A program made the position numbers and the translations under genes. A stretch of 64,000 bases of DNA, taken from an uncultured bacterium. GTDB taxonomy: Bacteria; Babelota; Babeliae; Babelales; Vermiphilaceae. The notes under the pieces are model-generated. The model worked only from the letters and a program-made list of their open reading frames with translations. It did no database searches and was not told the origin of the DNA. This document shows, piece by piece, positions 9,100-20,381 of this stretch. The stretch covers positions 1,120,001-1,184,000 of the forward strand of contig OY969561.1 of NCBI GenBank assembly GCA_963701085.1, given 5' to 3'. How positions within the stretch are numbered: the first letter of the stretch is position 1; the number at the start of each line of letters is the position of its first letter.

Positions 9100-10606
9100 C
9101 TATAAAAATTTTATACATCCCATAATAAATGTAGTTCAGGTTTTGCGAGCAGTTGTTGTTCTTATCTCATTTTTGTTTTCAATAAAATCATTGTAATATT
9201 TGCGGCTATATTTATATTTGTTGGCGATGATCGTTTCGATATTGAATTCATAATACATATGTGCTATGAATGTGATCAGTTCTTTTAACAATGGCATACC
9301 ATCAGCGCTTTATTGTTGCAAAAGATGTGTGAATAATGCGCATTGGGTATGGGGTGAAGTAAGGCATAGAAAGGCATGCATTACTTGTTCTTGATTGGTT
9401 ACAGCTTTGTATAGTGGGTGATTTTTCTATTGTATAAAAGTTGTATAGTTTAGTGTATTTTTCACACGCAAGATCCACTGCTCTTTTACCATCTTTATTT
9501 CTGGAATGTATGTTCAGGCCATGAGATGTGAGAAACGGTAAGTATAGTTCGAACTTGGGAGCAACAATAGATGTTATTACTGCGCATAAATGTAGTTGAG
9601 AGTTTTTCTGTGTATCTTTTGTATGGATGAGTTTGCTTGCAATAAAGGGATTATCAGCAATAAAAGAATAGAATAAATTTAAATCATCATTATAAGCAGA
9701 AAAAAAATGAATTAAAGGCGTTGTTTGGTAATTATTGCTTTTGATTGTTGGATTGGCGTCTTTTTCTATGAGTAGTTTAATTACATTGAGTTGCTTTCTA
9801 GAGCACGCCATATGTAGAGCTGTACTGCCATTATAATTTTGGTGATTGATGGTCCTGGTATCATGAGAAAGAAGCAATTTAACACAATCTTCTTTTCCGT
9901 TACCTGCTGCTATCTGGAGTGGAATATTCCCTGATTTGTCAGATATATTTGCAGCTTGAGGCGCTTTACTGAGCATTGATGTAACTGTTGTGGTTAATCC
10001 TAGTTCACATGCTACGTGCAGTGGGGTGCAGCCTTTTGAGGTGCGTGAATTGGTATCTATATTTTCATGGGTGATTAATAATTGGTAAATTTCTTCATTG
10101 ATACTTCTCTCACTTGCCAAATAAAAAAGTGACTTTCCATCACTGTTTATGTAATTAACATCTGCATCTGCTAATAATGCATCTCGCACTGCTCTTGTAT
10201 CGTTCTTTGCTATGCCTTGAAGACACAAGTGTGTTGCATCAGAGGGGTTAGAGATATTTTTTTGCGTTGTTTCCATTGCATGGGATGTGTGGGGGATGCA
10301 TAAGAAAAGAAAAGCGAGTGATGATAGATGGTATAAACTACTATAGTTGCTCGCTTGAAATTTTTTTCCTGCGCTCGTTCTGATGCTTCGACATTGCTCA
10401 GCAGTGAACACCCGCCTGCCCTCCGAAGCCTCGGCGAAGGACGGGTTGAAGAATATCTTAGAGCGCTCGAAGACATCATCTTCAACCCAGGTTCCACTCC
10501 GTTTCACTCGGGTACCCATCAGAAGGAACTGAAGATGGGTGTAACTGACGAGCGCTAGAGAAGACATGGATAGGGCAAGTTTAATGGTTGTCATCATATA
10601 TTTCAT
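9100..10606 (-). pseudogene. Ankyrin-repeat protein, paralog of 10603..11826, disrupted near the 3' end
   Basis: TPLHVA/TALH repeats. Versus the paralog: frameshift near 9412, in-frame TAA at 9310-9312, further indel near 9162. Repeat cluster in frame in the N-terminus. Confidence 0.7.
10368..10556. repeat. Nested palindromic repeat cluster in the 5' region of the ankyrin gene
   Basis: gcgctcgttctga...cctgccctccgaagcctcggcgaaggacgg...gagcgctcgaagac...gggtacccatc...gatgggt...gacgagcgc. Confidence 0.8.
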
Positions 10607-11826
10607 GAAGCACTCCATAATAAATGTAGTTCAGGTTTTGCGAGCAGTTGTTGTTTTATCTGGTTTTTGTTTTCAATATAATCGTCGTAATATTTTTTGT
10701 TATGTTTATATTTTTTGGCAACGATTGTCTCAATATTGAGCTCATAATAATTGCGTATAATGTGGACTAACAATTCTTCTGGCAGTGTATGGCCATTGGC
10801 ACTTTGTTGTTCCAACATTGTTTTGAATAATGCGCATGGTGTGTGTGGTGAAATAAAGCGTAAGAAAGCATGCATTACTTGTTCTTGATTGGTTACATCT
10901 TTATACATGTTGTGTAATTTTTCTATTGTATAAAAGTTGTATAGTTTAGTGTATTTTTCATACGCAAGATCCACCGCTCTTTTACCCTCATTATTTCTGG
11001 CATTTATATCCAAGTTGTGGGATGCAAGAAATAATAAGTAACTATCGAATTTAGGTTCGAGGATGCCTTGTATTGTTGCACATAAATGAAACTGATTGTT
11101 TTTTTGTTTATCTTTTTTATGGATGATTTTTTTTGCAACAGAGGGATTATCAGCAAGAAAAGAATAGAATAAATTTAAATCATCATAACAAACAGAAAAA
11201 AGACGAGTTAAAGGCGTTACTTGATAATTGTTTTTGATTGTTGGGTCGGCATCTTTTTCTATGAGTAGTTTGATTGTGTCAAGTTGTCTTACGTTGCATG
11301 CTTGATGTAGAGCTGTAAAGCCACCGTAATCTTGGTGATTGCTGGTCCTGATATCATGAGAAAGAAACAATGTAACACAATCTTTTTTCCCGTGATATGC
11401 TGCCACATGGAGTGGAATACTCCCTCCTCTGCTGCATATGTTTGCAGTTTGAGGAGCTTTACTGAGCATTGATGCAACTGTGGTGGTTAATCCTAGTTCA
11501 CATGCTACGTATAATGGAGTGGCGCTATAGGAGTTGCGTGAATTGATATCTATATTTTCATGAGTGATTAATAATTTGTAAATTTCTTCATTACTATTTT
11601 TCTCACATGCTAAATAAAAAAGTGACTTTCCATCACTGATTATGTGATTAACATCTGCACCTGCTAATAATGCAATTTTTACTTGGTTTGGATTGTTTTT
11701 TGCTATGCCTTGAAGGCACAATAGTGTTGCATCAGAGGGGTTAGTATTTTTTTGCGTTATTTCCATTGCGTATGATGTGTGGGGGATACATAAGAAAAGG
11801 GAGATGACCAAAGTAATATGTTTCAT
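10603..11826 (-). CDS. Secreted ankyrin-repeat protein with C-terminal F-box/PRANC-like motif
   Basis: Signal peptide; TPLYVA, IPLHVA, TALHQA repeats; TLPEELLVHII near C-terminus. Confidence 0.88.
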   Translation of the reverse strand: MKHITLVISLFLCIPHTSYAMEITQKNTNPSDATLLCLQGIAKNNPNQVKIALLAGADVNHIISDGKSLFYLACEKNSNEEIYKLLITHENIDINSRNSYSATPLYVACELGLTTTVASMLSKAPQTANICSRGGSIPLHVAAYHGKKDCVTLFLSHDIRTSNHQDYGGFTALHQACNVRQLDTIKLLIEKDADPTIKNNYQVTPLTRLFSVCYDDLNLFYSFLADNPSVAKKIIHKKDKQKNNQFHLCATIQGILEPKFDSYLLFLASHNLDINARNNEGKRAVDLAYEKYTKLYNFYTIEKLHNMYKDVTNQEQVMHAFLRFISPHTPCALFKTMLEQQSANGHTLPEELLVHIIRNYYELNIETIVAKKYKHNKKYYDDYIENKNQIKQQLLAKPELHLLWSAS

Positions 11827-11951
11827 GAGGACCTTGTTGGTTATGAAGATATAATAATTGTTATTTTACAGCAATTGATCAAAAAGTAATGTGAAAACAA
11901 ACACTTGCATAGTAAAAGATAGATTCCCTACACTGGTAACAAAAAGGGACC

Positions 11952-12013
11952 CCTACTCCGCTCCTCCTACGCATAAAGCTTCGGAGGACACGGTAAAACT
12001 ACGAATGGCAGGC
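11952..12013. repeat. Family-B repeat nested in another family-B copy
   Basis: cctactccgc[tcctcctacgcataaagcttcggaggacacgg]taaaactacgaatggcagg. Confidence 0.7.
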
Positions 12014-12014
12014 C

Positions 12015-14594
12015 ATGACAAATAAAAATTTTTCTTTTTATACCAACATTGCGGTGAATGATGCACTTGCAGATCTGCAAACATCTGCATCAGGATTAAC
12101 GCAGGCGGAAGTTGATAAGCGTTTGGCTACGTATGGGCCTAATGAAATTAAAGAAGTTGATATTACGTGGTTTCAGATATTAAAAGGGCAATTGTTAAGT
12201 CCGTTTATGTGCATCTTTTTTGTTATTGGTCTTGCCTATTTATTCACCGGCCAAGGAGCAGAAAGTATTATTATTTTTATTATAATTTTGGTGAACGTGG
12301 GCATTGGCTTTTTCCAGGAATATCGCAGTAATTCATCAATGCTGCTGTTAAAAAAATGTCTTATGTCACAGGTTACGGTCAAGCGTGATAACACAGAAAT
12401 GAATGTTGCCTTAAACCAACTTGTTCCGGGTGATATTATTGTACTCTATGCCGGTGATATTGTTCCGGCAGATTGTCGGTTTATAGAAGTTGATAACCTT
12501 GCAGTTGATGAATCAAGCATGACGGGTGAATCAATTGCCGTTGCAAAAAAAAGTGATGCAATGAGTGAAGCGGTAACTGATATGTACCGCGCTGAAAATA
12601 TAGGTTTTACCGGAACGGTCATAACGCAAGGCAAGGGAATTGCAGTAGTTATTGCAACGGGAAGTTCTACAGCGCTCGGCACCATTGCAGCATTGACCAA
12701 TAAAACAGTGACTAAAAGTAATCTTGAAAAAGGTTCTGTTTCTATTGCGCGTATGACAATATATCTTGTTTTTTTTAGTTTGTTGGCTATTGCGCTGATA
12801 CATATTATTTTGGATAAAGGGAAGCTTAATTATGTTGATCTTTTCCTTTTTGCAGCAGCACTTGCTATAACGGCAATTCCTGAAGGTTTACCGATGGTTA
12901 TTACCTTTTGTTTGTCGCAAGGGGCAGCAACACTTAAAAAAAATAATGTTATTGTAAAGCGTTTATCAGCAATTGGTGATTTGGGCTCAATTGAAGTTTT
13001 TTGTACCGATAAAACGGGAACGTTAACTGAAAATGCGTTGAGTGTGGAAACTATGTATGGCAATGATCCTGATAAAACATTGATTTACGCAATTCTTTCT
13101 TCTCCTGCACAAACGGCAACCAAAGAAAGTCCCACCAAAGGTTTTGATTTAGCATTACAAAAAAAACTTACTGATGAACACAATACGCAGCTTGCACAAC
13201 ACAATGTACTTAAAGAGTCCCCTTTTACGCCGCAAAAAAGACAATGCATGACGCTCGTGCACAAAGATGGTGAGCATACATTGATTGCTAAAGGTTCTCC
13301 TGAAGTTATTATTGAAAAATGTACGTTTTTAAATGATCAAGAAAAACATACCATTCAGGACTGGATCGATACAGAAGAAAGTAAGGGAAATCGTATTCTT
13401 GCCATTGCGACTAAAAATATAGCTTCATATACGGCAGAATCCTATGATATTGAATCTGATGATCATGATTATGAAACAATTGGCCTTATTGCATTCCAGG
13501 ATCCGCTCAAGGGGACTGCATTAACAACCGTTAAAAAAGCAGAATCGCTGGGTATCCAGATAAAAATATTAAGTGGTGACAGCAAAAATGTCTGTTTTAC
13601 CATTGCAAAGCAGTTGGGGTTGGAAACAGATCCTCAGAACGTAGTGCTTGGATCAGATTTTGAAAAAGCGACTGAAGAAGAAAAAACGTTTTTGGCACAT
13701 AATCGTTCTGTTTTTGCTCGCGTAAATCCTGAGCAGAAATATGAAATTATTAGTCACTTACAAAAAAAATATTCGGTTGGTTATATGGGTGACGGTATTA
13801 ACGATGCTCCTGCGCTTAAAATTGCTCATGTTAGTTTTGCAGTTAATGATGCGGCTCCTGTTGCCCGTGAAGCGGCGGAAATTATATTGCTGCGTAAAAG
13901 TTTGAGCAGTGTTATTTTGGGTATTGAGCAAGGAAGAAAAACAATTGTTAATACGCTCAAATATACCAAGATGACGAATGCGCCGAGCTTTGGCCATTTT
14001 TATGCGCTTGCTGTTGCTTCATTGTTACTTGATTATCCGCCGATGTTGCCAATGCAACTTTTATTTTTGAATTTGCTTACTGATTTGCCCATGATTGCAA
14101 TATCAACGGATAACGTGAGTGATCAAGAGGTCAGAAAACCATTAACATATGACATGACCGATGCGACTATTCTTATTATCATGTTTGGCCTGATTATGTT
14201 TGTTGCCGATATAACCATATTCTTGGTATTTAGATCACACTTTCCTGAAACGTTGCAAACAAGTTGGTTTATCACGAGTACTATTTCAGAAGTTGTGTTT
14301 TTATTTTTATTCCGTACTCAAGTACTGTTTTTTAAAGCTGAGCGTCCATCAGTATTGTTAATGGGGCTTTCTCTTGTGGTGATTTTAACCGCAATTATTT
14401 TACCTTTTACAACTATTGGACATGATGTGTTTATGTTTAGTACACCACAATGGGCGCATGCACCATGGTTGATTGGTGTGGTGTTGTTTAATTTGGTTGT
14501 CGCTGAAGGGGTTAAGTTGACGTATTATTATGTGAAAGAAAAGATATGGAAAATGGAAATAAAGATTTTTATTATCATGCCAACAGTAGTATAG
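12015..14594 (+). CDS. Cation-transporting P-type ATPase (MgtA-like)
   Basis: TGES, PEGLP, DKTGTLT, KGSPE, GDGINDAPAL. Confidence 0.92.
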   Translation: MTNKNFSFYTNIAVNDALADLQTSASGLTQAEVDKRLATYGPNEIKEVDITWFQILKGQLLSPFMCIFFVIGLAYLFTGQGAESIIIFIIILVNVGIGFFQEYRSNSSMLLLKKCLMSQVTVKRDNTEMNVALNQLVPGDIIVLYAGDIVPADCRFIEVDNLAVDESSMTGESIAVAKKSDAMSEAVTDMYRAENIGFTGTVITQGKGIAVVIATGSSTALGTIAALTNKTVTKSNLEKGSVSIARMTIYLVFFSLLAIALIHIILDKGKLNYVDLFLFAAALAITAIPEGLPMVITFCLSQGAATLKKNNVIVKRLSAIGDLGSIEVFCTDKTGTLTENALSVETMYGNDPDKTLIYAILSSPAQTATKESPTKGFDLALQKKLTDEHNTQLAQHNVLKESPFTPQKRQCMTLVHKDGEHTLIAKGSPEVIIEKCTFLNDQEKHTIQDWIDTEESKGNRILAIATKNIASYTAESYDIESDDHDYETIGLIAFQDPLKGTALTTVKKAESLGIQIKILSGDSKNVCFTIAKQLGLETDPQNVVLGSDFEKATEEEKTFLAHNRSVFARVNPEQKYEIISHLQKKYSVGYMGDGINDAPALKIAHVSFAVNDAAPVAREAAEIILLRKSLSSVILGIEQGRKTIVNTLKYTKMTNAPSFGHFYALAVASLLLDYPPMLPMQLLFLNLLTDLPMIAISTDNVSDQEVRKPLTYDMTDATILIIMFGLIMFVADITIFLVFRSHFPETLQTSWFITSTISEVVFLFLFRTQVLFFKAERPSVLLMGLSLVVILTAIILPFTTIGHDVFMFSTPQWAHAPWLIGVVLFNLVVAEGVKLTYYYVKEKIWKMEIKIFIIMPTVV

Positions 14595-17087
14595 ATGAAC
14601 ATTTTTAAAAATCTTGCAACATCAGTACAAGGATTGTCGCAGGCAGAGGCGAGCAAGCGTTTGCGGGAGTATGGCCCCAATGAAATACAAGAGACAACCG
14701 CAACATGGTTTGAAATTTTAAAAAATCAGCTCAAAAATCCATTCATTCTTATTTTTATCGTTATTGCTGTTGCCTATTTTTTTACCGAGCAATATACCGA
14801 ATGCATAATTTTGATCATTATTATGATGGTGAATACGGTTATTGGCTTTTATCAAGAATATCAAAGTAGCAAGGCAATGGCGTTGCTCAAATCATATCTG
14901 CAAGCAACAATTATTGTTTATCGTGATGGCAAAGATGATCTTGTTGGCATTAATACATTAGTTCCCGGTGATAGTATTAAGCTTAATGCGGGTGATATTA
15001 TTCCCGCAGATTGCCGCTTTATTGCAACGGATAATTGTGTTGCTGATGAAGCAATGCTTACTGGTGAATCATTACCAACAAAAAAAATGCACATGCTCGC
15101 CGATAAAAAAATAACAGCAGTATATGATGCATACACCATCGGATTTGCAGGTACTGTTGTGGTTGATGGGAGTGCTACTGCCGTTGTGTTTGCAACCGGA
15201 TTACATACAGAAATGGGTTCTATTGCTCAGTTAGCAACGCACACAATAACCAAAAGTAATTTAGCAAAAGGCACCATGCGGCTTGCACAGATTGTTTTTG
15301 GCATGGTTGTCATCAGCCTTGTGCTTATTGTGATGGTTAACGTTATTTTTAAAACAGGACAACGTTCATTTTTTGATTTTTTGATTTTTGCAGGAGCGCT
15401 TGCAATTACGGCAGTTCCTTCAGCGCTTCCCATTGTGATTACCTTTTGTTTGACCAATGGAGCAATGAGATTGCATAAGCATAAAATGATTGTAAAGCGA
15501 TTGTCTTCTATTGAAGATCTTGGCAGTATTGAAGTTTTTTGCACAGATAAAACAGGGACATTGACGGAAAATGTGTTGAGTGTAAAAGATGTTTATGCGG
15601 TGCATGAAGAACATACATTACTCTATGCAGCATTCACGTCGGATATGCTTTCCCGCACAAAGAAAATCATACCGAATGGTTTTGATCAAGCAATTGTGCA
15701 AGCGTTAACGGCAGAGCAAGTGCAATCATTGAAAGAGTACACTATTGTTAAAGAACTTCCCTTTACGTATGAACGTCACCGGAGTATTACGCTTGCTCAA
15801 AAAAATGATACGTATTGTTTGGTGACCAAAGGGTCTGCCGAATATATTATTCCTCTCTGTTCTTCTTTAACACAGCAAGATCTTGTTGCTGCTCATGCGT
15901 GGGTAAAAGATAATGAATTACAGGGCAACCGTGTACTTGCGGTAGCAATAAAAAAAATAACCGGCGCGCAGCAGGTCACTGATGACATGATACATCAGTA
16001 TGACACAACGTATGATACGCTGGGGTTAATTTCTTTTGCTGATCCACTTAAATCAACAGCGGAAACAGCGGTTAAAAAAGCACAAGCGCTCGGTGTGCAG
16101 ATTAAAGTATTGAGTGGTGATAGTGTGTACGTATGTTTTACGATTGCGCAGCAGTTGGGATTGGAGCACAGTATTGATAATGTTGTACTGGGCACGGATT
16201 TTGAAAAAGCGACCGAAGAACAGAAAATGTTTCTTGTGTGCAATCGTACTATTTTTGCACGCGTAACGCCGGAACAAAAGTATCAAATTATTTCATATCT
16301 TCAACGCACCTATTCCGTTGGTTACATGGGTGATGGGATTAATGATGCACCAGCACTGAAAATTGCTCAGGTTGGTATTGCGGTCAATACTGCAGCTGGA
16401 GTTGCACGTGAGGCAGCAGAAATTATCATGCTACAAAAAAGTTTATTGAATATTTTACTGGGGATAGAAGAGGGTAGAAAAATAATTATTAACACGCTTA
16501 AGTATATAAAAATAACTATCGCGTGTAACATAGCGCTGTTTTATGCACTCGTGTTTTCATCATTATTTATTAATTATTTACCGATGTTGCCATTACAGCT
16601 TTTGTTTTTAGATCTTATTACTGACTTTCCGTTAATTGCCATCTCCACTGATGCGGTAAGTAAACATGAGCTGCAAAAGCCTTTGCATTATTCTATGAAA
16701 GAGATTGGTTTTGTCACATTTCTTTTTGGCTTTGTGCGTTTGCCATTCGATTTTTTAATTTTTGTTCTTTTTAAATCTAACCCTGTGTTATTACAAACGA
16801 GTTGGTTTCTTGCAAGTTCATTGTTCCAGTTTGTGCTGATATTTTCATTGCGGACAAAAATACCGTTTTGGCGAGCACCGCGTCCCTCATGGATGTTAGT
16901 GGGATTATGTTGCCTTGCTACAGCTATTGTATTGATTTTGCCATTTATTACTTTTGGGCAAACCATTTTCTCTTTTGTGCAGCCAAGTATGGGTGATATG
17001 AGGAAAATAGCTCTTATTATTGCTGCTTATTTTATAACGACTGAGACAGTAAAAATACTGTATTATCGTAGTCAAAATAATAAATAA
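14595..17087 (+). CDS. Cation-transporting P-type ATPase, tandem paralog
   Basis: TGES, PSALP, DKTGTLT, GDGINDAPAL. Confidence 0.92.
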   Translation: MNIFKNLATSVQGLSQAEASKRLREYGPNEIQETTATWFEILKNQLKNPFILIFIVIAVAYFFTEQYTECIILIIIMMVNTVIGFYQEYQSSKAMALLKSYLQATIIVYRDGKDDLVGINTLVPGDSIKLNAGDIIPADCRFIATDNCVADEAMLTGESLPTKKMHMLADKKITAVYDAYTIGFAGTVVVDGSATAVVFATGLHTEMGSIAQLATHTITKSNLAKGTMRLAQIVFGMVVISLVLIVMVNVIFKTGQRSFFDFLIFAGALAITAVPSALPIVITFCLTNGAMRLHKHKMIVKRLSSIEDLGSIEVFCTDKTGTLTENVLSVKDVYAVHEEHTLLYAAFTSDMLSRTKKIIPNGFDQAIVQALTAEQVQSLKEYTIVKELPFTYERHRSITLAQKNDTYCLVTKGSAEYIIPLCSSLTQQDLVAAHAWVKDNELQGNRVLAVAIKKITGAQQVTDDMIHQYDTTYDTLGLISFADPLKSTAETAVKKAQALGVQIKVLSGDSVYVCFTIAQQLGLEHSIDNVVLGTDFEKATEEQKMFLVCNRTIFARVTPEQKYQIISYLQRTYSVGYMGDGINDAPALKIAQVGIAVNTAAGVAREAAEIIMLQKSLLNILLGIEEGRKIIINTLKYIKITIACNIALFYALVFSSLFINYLPMLPLQLLFLDLITDFPLIAISTDAVSKHELQKPLHYSMKEIGFVTFLFGFVRLPFDFLIFVLFKSNPVLLQTSWFLASSLFQFVLIFSLRTKIPFWRAPRPSWMLVGLCCLATAIVLILPFITFGQTIFSFVQPSMGDMRKIALIIAAYFITTETVKILYYRSQNNK

Positions 17088-17135
17088 TGTATGTTTTAAA
17101 AGGTGGTGTTAAAAAAATGAACCACTTTTTATTTA

Positions 17136-19610
17136 TTATAATTCTTTATTCATTACTTGTTGCGTATCAGTGACGCGCGCAAGCGTATGTTCTTCAAATC
17201 CTAGCGTAATGAGTGTATCAATAAAATCCATTGGTTTAAGTCCAATTTCAGCTGCTTGGTGGAATAAGCATGTTGCTGGTGTGAGTCCGGGTAATGTGTT
17301 ATTTTCAAGAATAACAACGCGTTCTTTTTTTGTTGGGCTTTGCGTGGCTGTTTTGGTAAAAACAGTCAATGCGTGAATATCCTTTGCATTGTAGTGTTGT
17401 AAAAGCGCGTTCCATAATGCGTTGTACAAACTCGAGTGTTGCGTGTGGTAGTGGTGCGGGTGTTTGATTTTCCCCAGCACCGGGTAAGAATTTTTCTTCA
17501 ATAGAAAGTATTCCTGCAGCAGAAACCGCCTGGCTTGGTGGTAATGCACGCGGATGTTCATTACCAATAACTCCCACGGTGAGTTCCATGCCGGTAATAC
17601 ATTCTTCTATTAATACACAATCTTTTTCTTGTAAAACTTTATTAATTGCGACAATTAATTCTTCATCATTGGTTACTTTTTGCACCATTACGCTGCAGCC
17701 ATCATCATGTGGTTTAACTATGAGTGGGTATGCAAGACTATCTTTTTCTTTATCCGCACTCTTCGATACATTTTTGCAAGCAAAAACACTCAGGGCGAGC
17801 GGGAGGGGCAGAGTATTTTCTTTCTGTGAAGTTTTTTCTCCCCGCTCGCCCTGAGTGTTCTTCGTAGCTTCAGCGGAGAAGAATGTATCGAAGGGTGCAA
17901 CCCACGTATTTTTCATAATCAAAATATTCTTTGGAACATCAAAGCCATGCGCAGCAAGTAGTTGGTTTGCTTTATACTTATTCATACACAACGCGCTTGC
18001 AAGCACCGATGATCCGTTATACGGCAAGCCAAGCATTTCTAGTGTGCCTTGTACTGAACCGTTTTCACCTTCACCTCCATGCAGCGCAATAAATACAAAA
18101 TCAGCAATAGATGATAAATCACCCCATTTAATTTTTTGTGATGGTTGCAACAGTTCAACAATTTCTTTAGTAGAATTACGCACGAGTTGTGATTGCGTTA
18201 AAATGTAGAGCTCTAAACTATCGCTGACAAAAACAGGAATTGGTTCGTATTTGTGGGGAGATAGTTTATAAAATACGTTGCGGCCAGAATCGAGTGATGT
18301 TTCTTTTTCATTTGATTTGCCGCCGAGTAGTATTGCAACACGATTTTTTTGTGTATTCATAGTTGGAGATTCCAGTTTTTCTTGAGTAATAATCGTTTCC
18401 AGCATGTTGTATTGTTGGAGTTCTGTTTCAATAATATGGTTAATAAGTTGCGCAGGGCTCATATTAATTTCTGCTGCTTGATTAAAAATATAACTTGATG
18501 GTGCCATGCCAGAGAAGGTGTTAGGATCGATAATAACAACAGTGCCATCGTTGGTTACAAATCCATCGATACGTCCCATATTGCTCAGCTCTAATGCATG
18601 CATTACGTTAATACATGTTTGTTGAATACGTGCAGTAGTTTTAGCGCTACAGCGAGCAGGTGTACGTTTTACACCACGGCCAGGCATGTATTTTTGTTCG
18701 TAATCAAAAAAGCCTATTTCAGTGTGCGCAATGCTTTCTGTGGGAGGTAATGCAAAAAATTCACCTGTCCTGTGATCTGTTAATACAATGCAGGTAAATT
18801 CCATTCCAACAATTTTTTCTTCGATAAGTACGCGCTTTTTTTTGTTAGGATCTATACAGCACGCTTTTTTGAGTGCCTGTTCAAGAGTGCTGCTGTTTGC
18901 GATAGAAATACCAAGGCTGGAGCCTTCATTATAAGGTTTAACAACAAAATGATCAGCATTGTAGCGTGCATCGTTTTTATTCTTTAGCGCTCGTCCTGAA
19001 CTTGTTGAAGGATTTTCTTCGAGCGCTCGAGGATATCCTTCAACAAGTTCAGGACGAGCGCCGGAACATAAAGATTGGGCAGAATTATTGCATTCTGGAT
19101 AATGCCCGCATTAATAAGTCGGTCAAAAATATTGTTTTTGTAGTGCTCAAAATTATCAACTTCATATGGTTCAACGGCGATAAAGCGTGGTGTTGCAATG
19201 CCCGCATTATTGAGGAATGTTTTGAGTACAATTTTATCATTGCGTAATGCACTTGCAAGAACTCCTGAACCAAGATAGGGAATGCCAATAATTTCTAAAA
19301 AACCTTGCAATATACCATCTTCAGCGTAACGGCCATGTTGTGCAATGTAGATAAAATCAACATGATTTTTAAGATCATCCCATGCAATAAGTTCTGCTTC
19401 ATGAGTAAGGCGATGTTCAAAATCAGTTGTTTTTCCACGATGTAAAAAATGCCAAGGAAGTATGTATATTTTTGCATCACTTTGAAATAGTGGAATAACT
19501 GAATAGCGTGATGTATCAACATAATCACAGATTGTTCTGCCGGAGTTAAAAGAAACTTCTTTTTCAAGGGATTTGCCGCCCATAAGGACGCCAACGCGTA
19601 GTTTTTGCAT
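17136..19610 (-). CDS. ddl: D-alanine--D-alanine ligase with two tandem Ddl units (two frameshifts, two repeat inserts)
   Basis: Unit 1: GGKSLEKEVSFNSG, HGRYAEDG, VKPYNEGSSLG, RIDGF, DPNTFSG. Unit 2: GGKSNEKETSLDSG, HGGEGENG, VKPHDDGCS, RIDCF, ENNTLPGLT. Frame changes near 18990 and 17355. Confidence 0.88.
17756..17899. repeat. Inverted family-A pair (with nested B-like loop) in frame in ddl unit 2
   Basis: cttcgatacatttttgcaagcaaaaacactcagggcgagcggg ... cccgctcgccctgagtg...gtatcgaagggtgc. Confidence 0.88.
18986..19063. repeat. Family-A palindrome inside ddl unit 1
   Basis: gcgctcgtcctgaacttgttgaaggat...atccttcaacaagttcaggacgagcgc, near-perfect palindrome. Confidence 0.9.
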
Positions 19611-19806
19611 ATGCTTGTAGCCTTATAATTTTTAATTCTAAATTATTCTCTCTTAATTCAGTATTGTAGTTCACGTTCTATACAAATATCAAACTGCGTT
19701 ATTATTCTACTGGTTTGCGTGATGCTGGTAAAGGAATAATCTGATTGTTGGCAACCGGATGGGTTGTGGTATGCTGGGTAATGGAAGGAAATTTTTTTGT
19801 AGGGGA

Positions 19807-20364
19807 ATGGTTGTGGCAAAAAATGATGTTTTAGGAAATTTGGTTTGGCTTGATCTTGAAATGACCGGATTAGTTATAGCAACGGATGTTATTTTAGAAA
19901 TAGCAACCGTGATCACTGATGGTAATCTTAACGTGATTGCAGAAGGCCCTTCTTTTATTATTCATCAACCAGAAGAACAATTAGCTGCTATGGGTAAGTG
20001 GTGCCAAGATCATCATGGCAAAACAGGATTAACGGAAGCAGTGCGTCAATCAACAGTAACATTGCAGCGAGCCCAAGAAGAAACATTTGATTTCATTGCG
20101 CAGCATTGTGCTCCAAATACGGGAGTTCTTGCAGGTAATTCTGTGTGGCAGGATCGTGTTTTTTTGGATAAGTATATGCCAAGTATTAGTTCATATTTGC
20201 ATTACCGTATTATTGATGTGACGAGTGTTAAAGAGATAGTGCGACGTTGGTATCCTGAAGATAAAAAAACGGAATATCAAAAATCAGATAGGCATCGCGC
20301 GTTGAGTGATGTGTATGAATCAATTGCTGAACTTAAACATTTTCGTATAAATTTTTTTAGATAA
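19807..20364 (+). CDS. orn: Oligoribonuclease
   Basis: LVWLDLEMTGL, ILEIATVITD, HGKTGL, LAGNSV, YRIIDVTS, HRALSDVYESIAEL. Confidence 0.95.
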   Translation: MVVAKNDVLGNLVWLDLEMTGLVIATDVILEIATVITDGNLNVIAEGPSFIIHQPEEQLAAMGKWCQDHHGKTGLTEAVRQSTVTLQRAQEETFDFIAQHCAPNTGVLAGNSVWQDRVFLDKYMPSISSYLHYRIIDVTSVKEIVRRWYPEDKKTEYQKSDRHRALSDVYESIAELKHFRINFFR

Positions 20365-20381
20365 ATTTTTTGTATTAAAAA

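Noticed and set aside
9310-9312. Stop-codon reassignment
   Set aside because: Single TAA in a gene with other lesions; housekeeping genes read normally with the standard bacterial code
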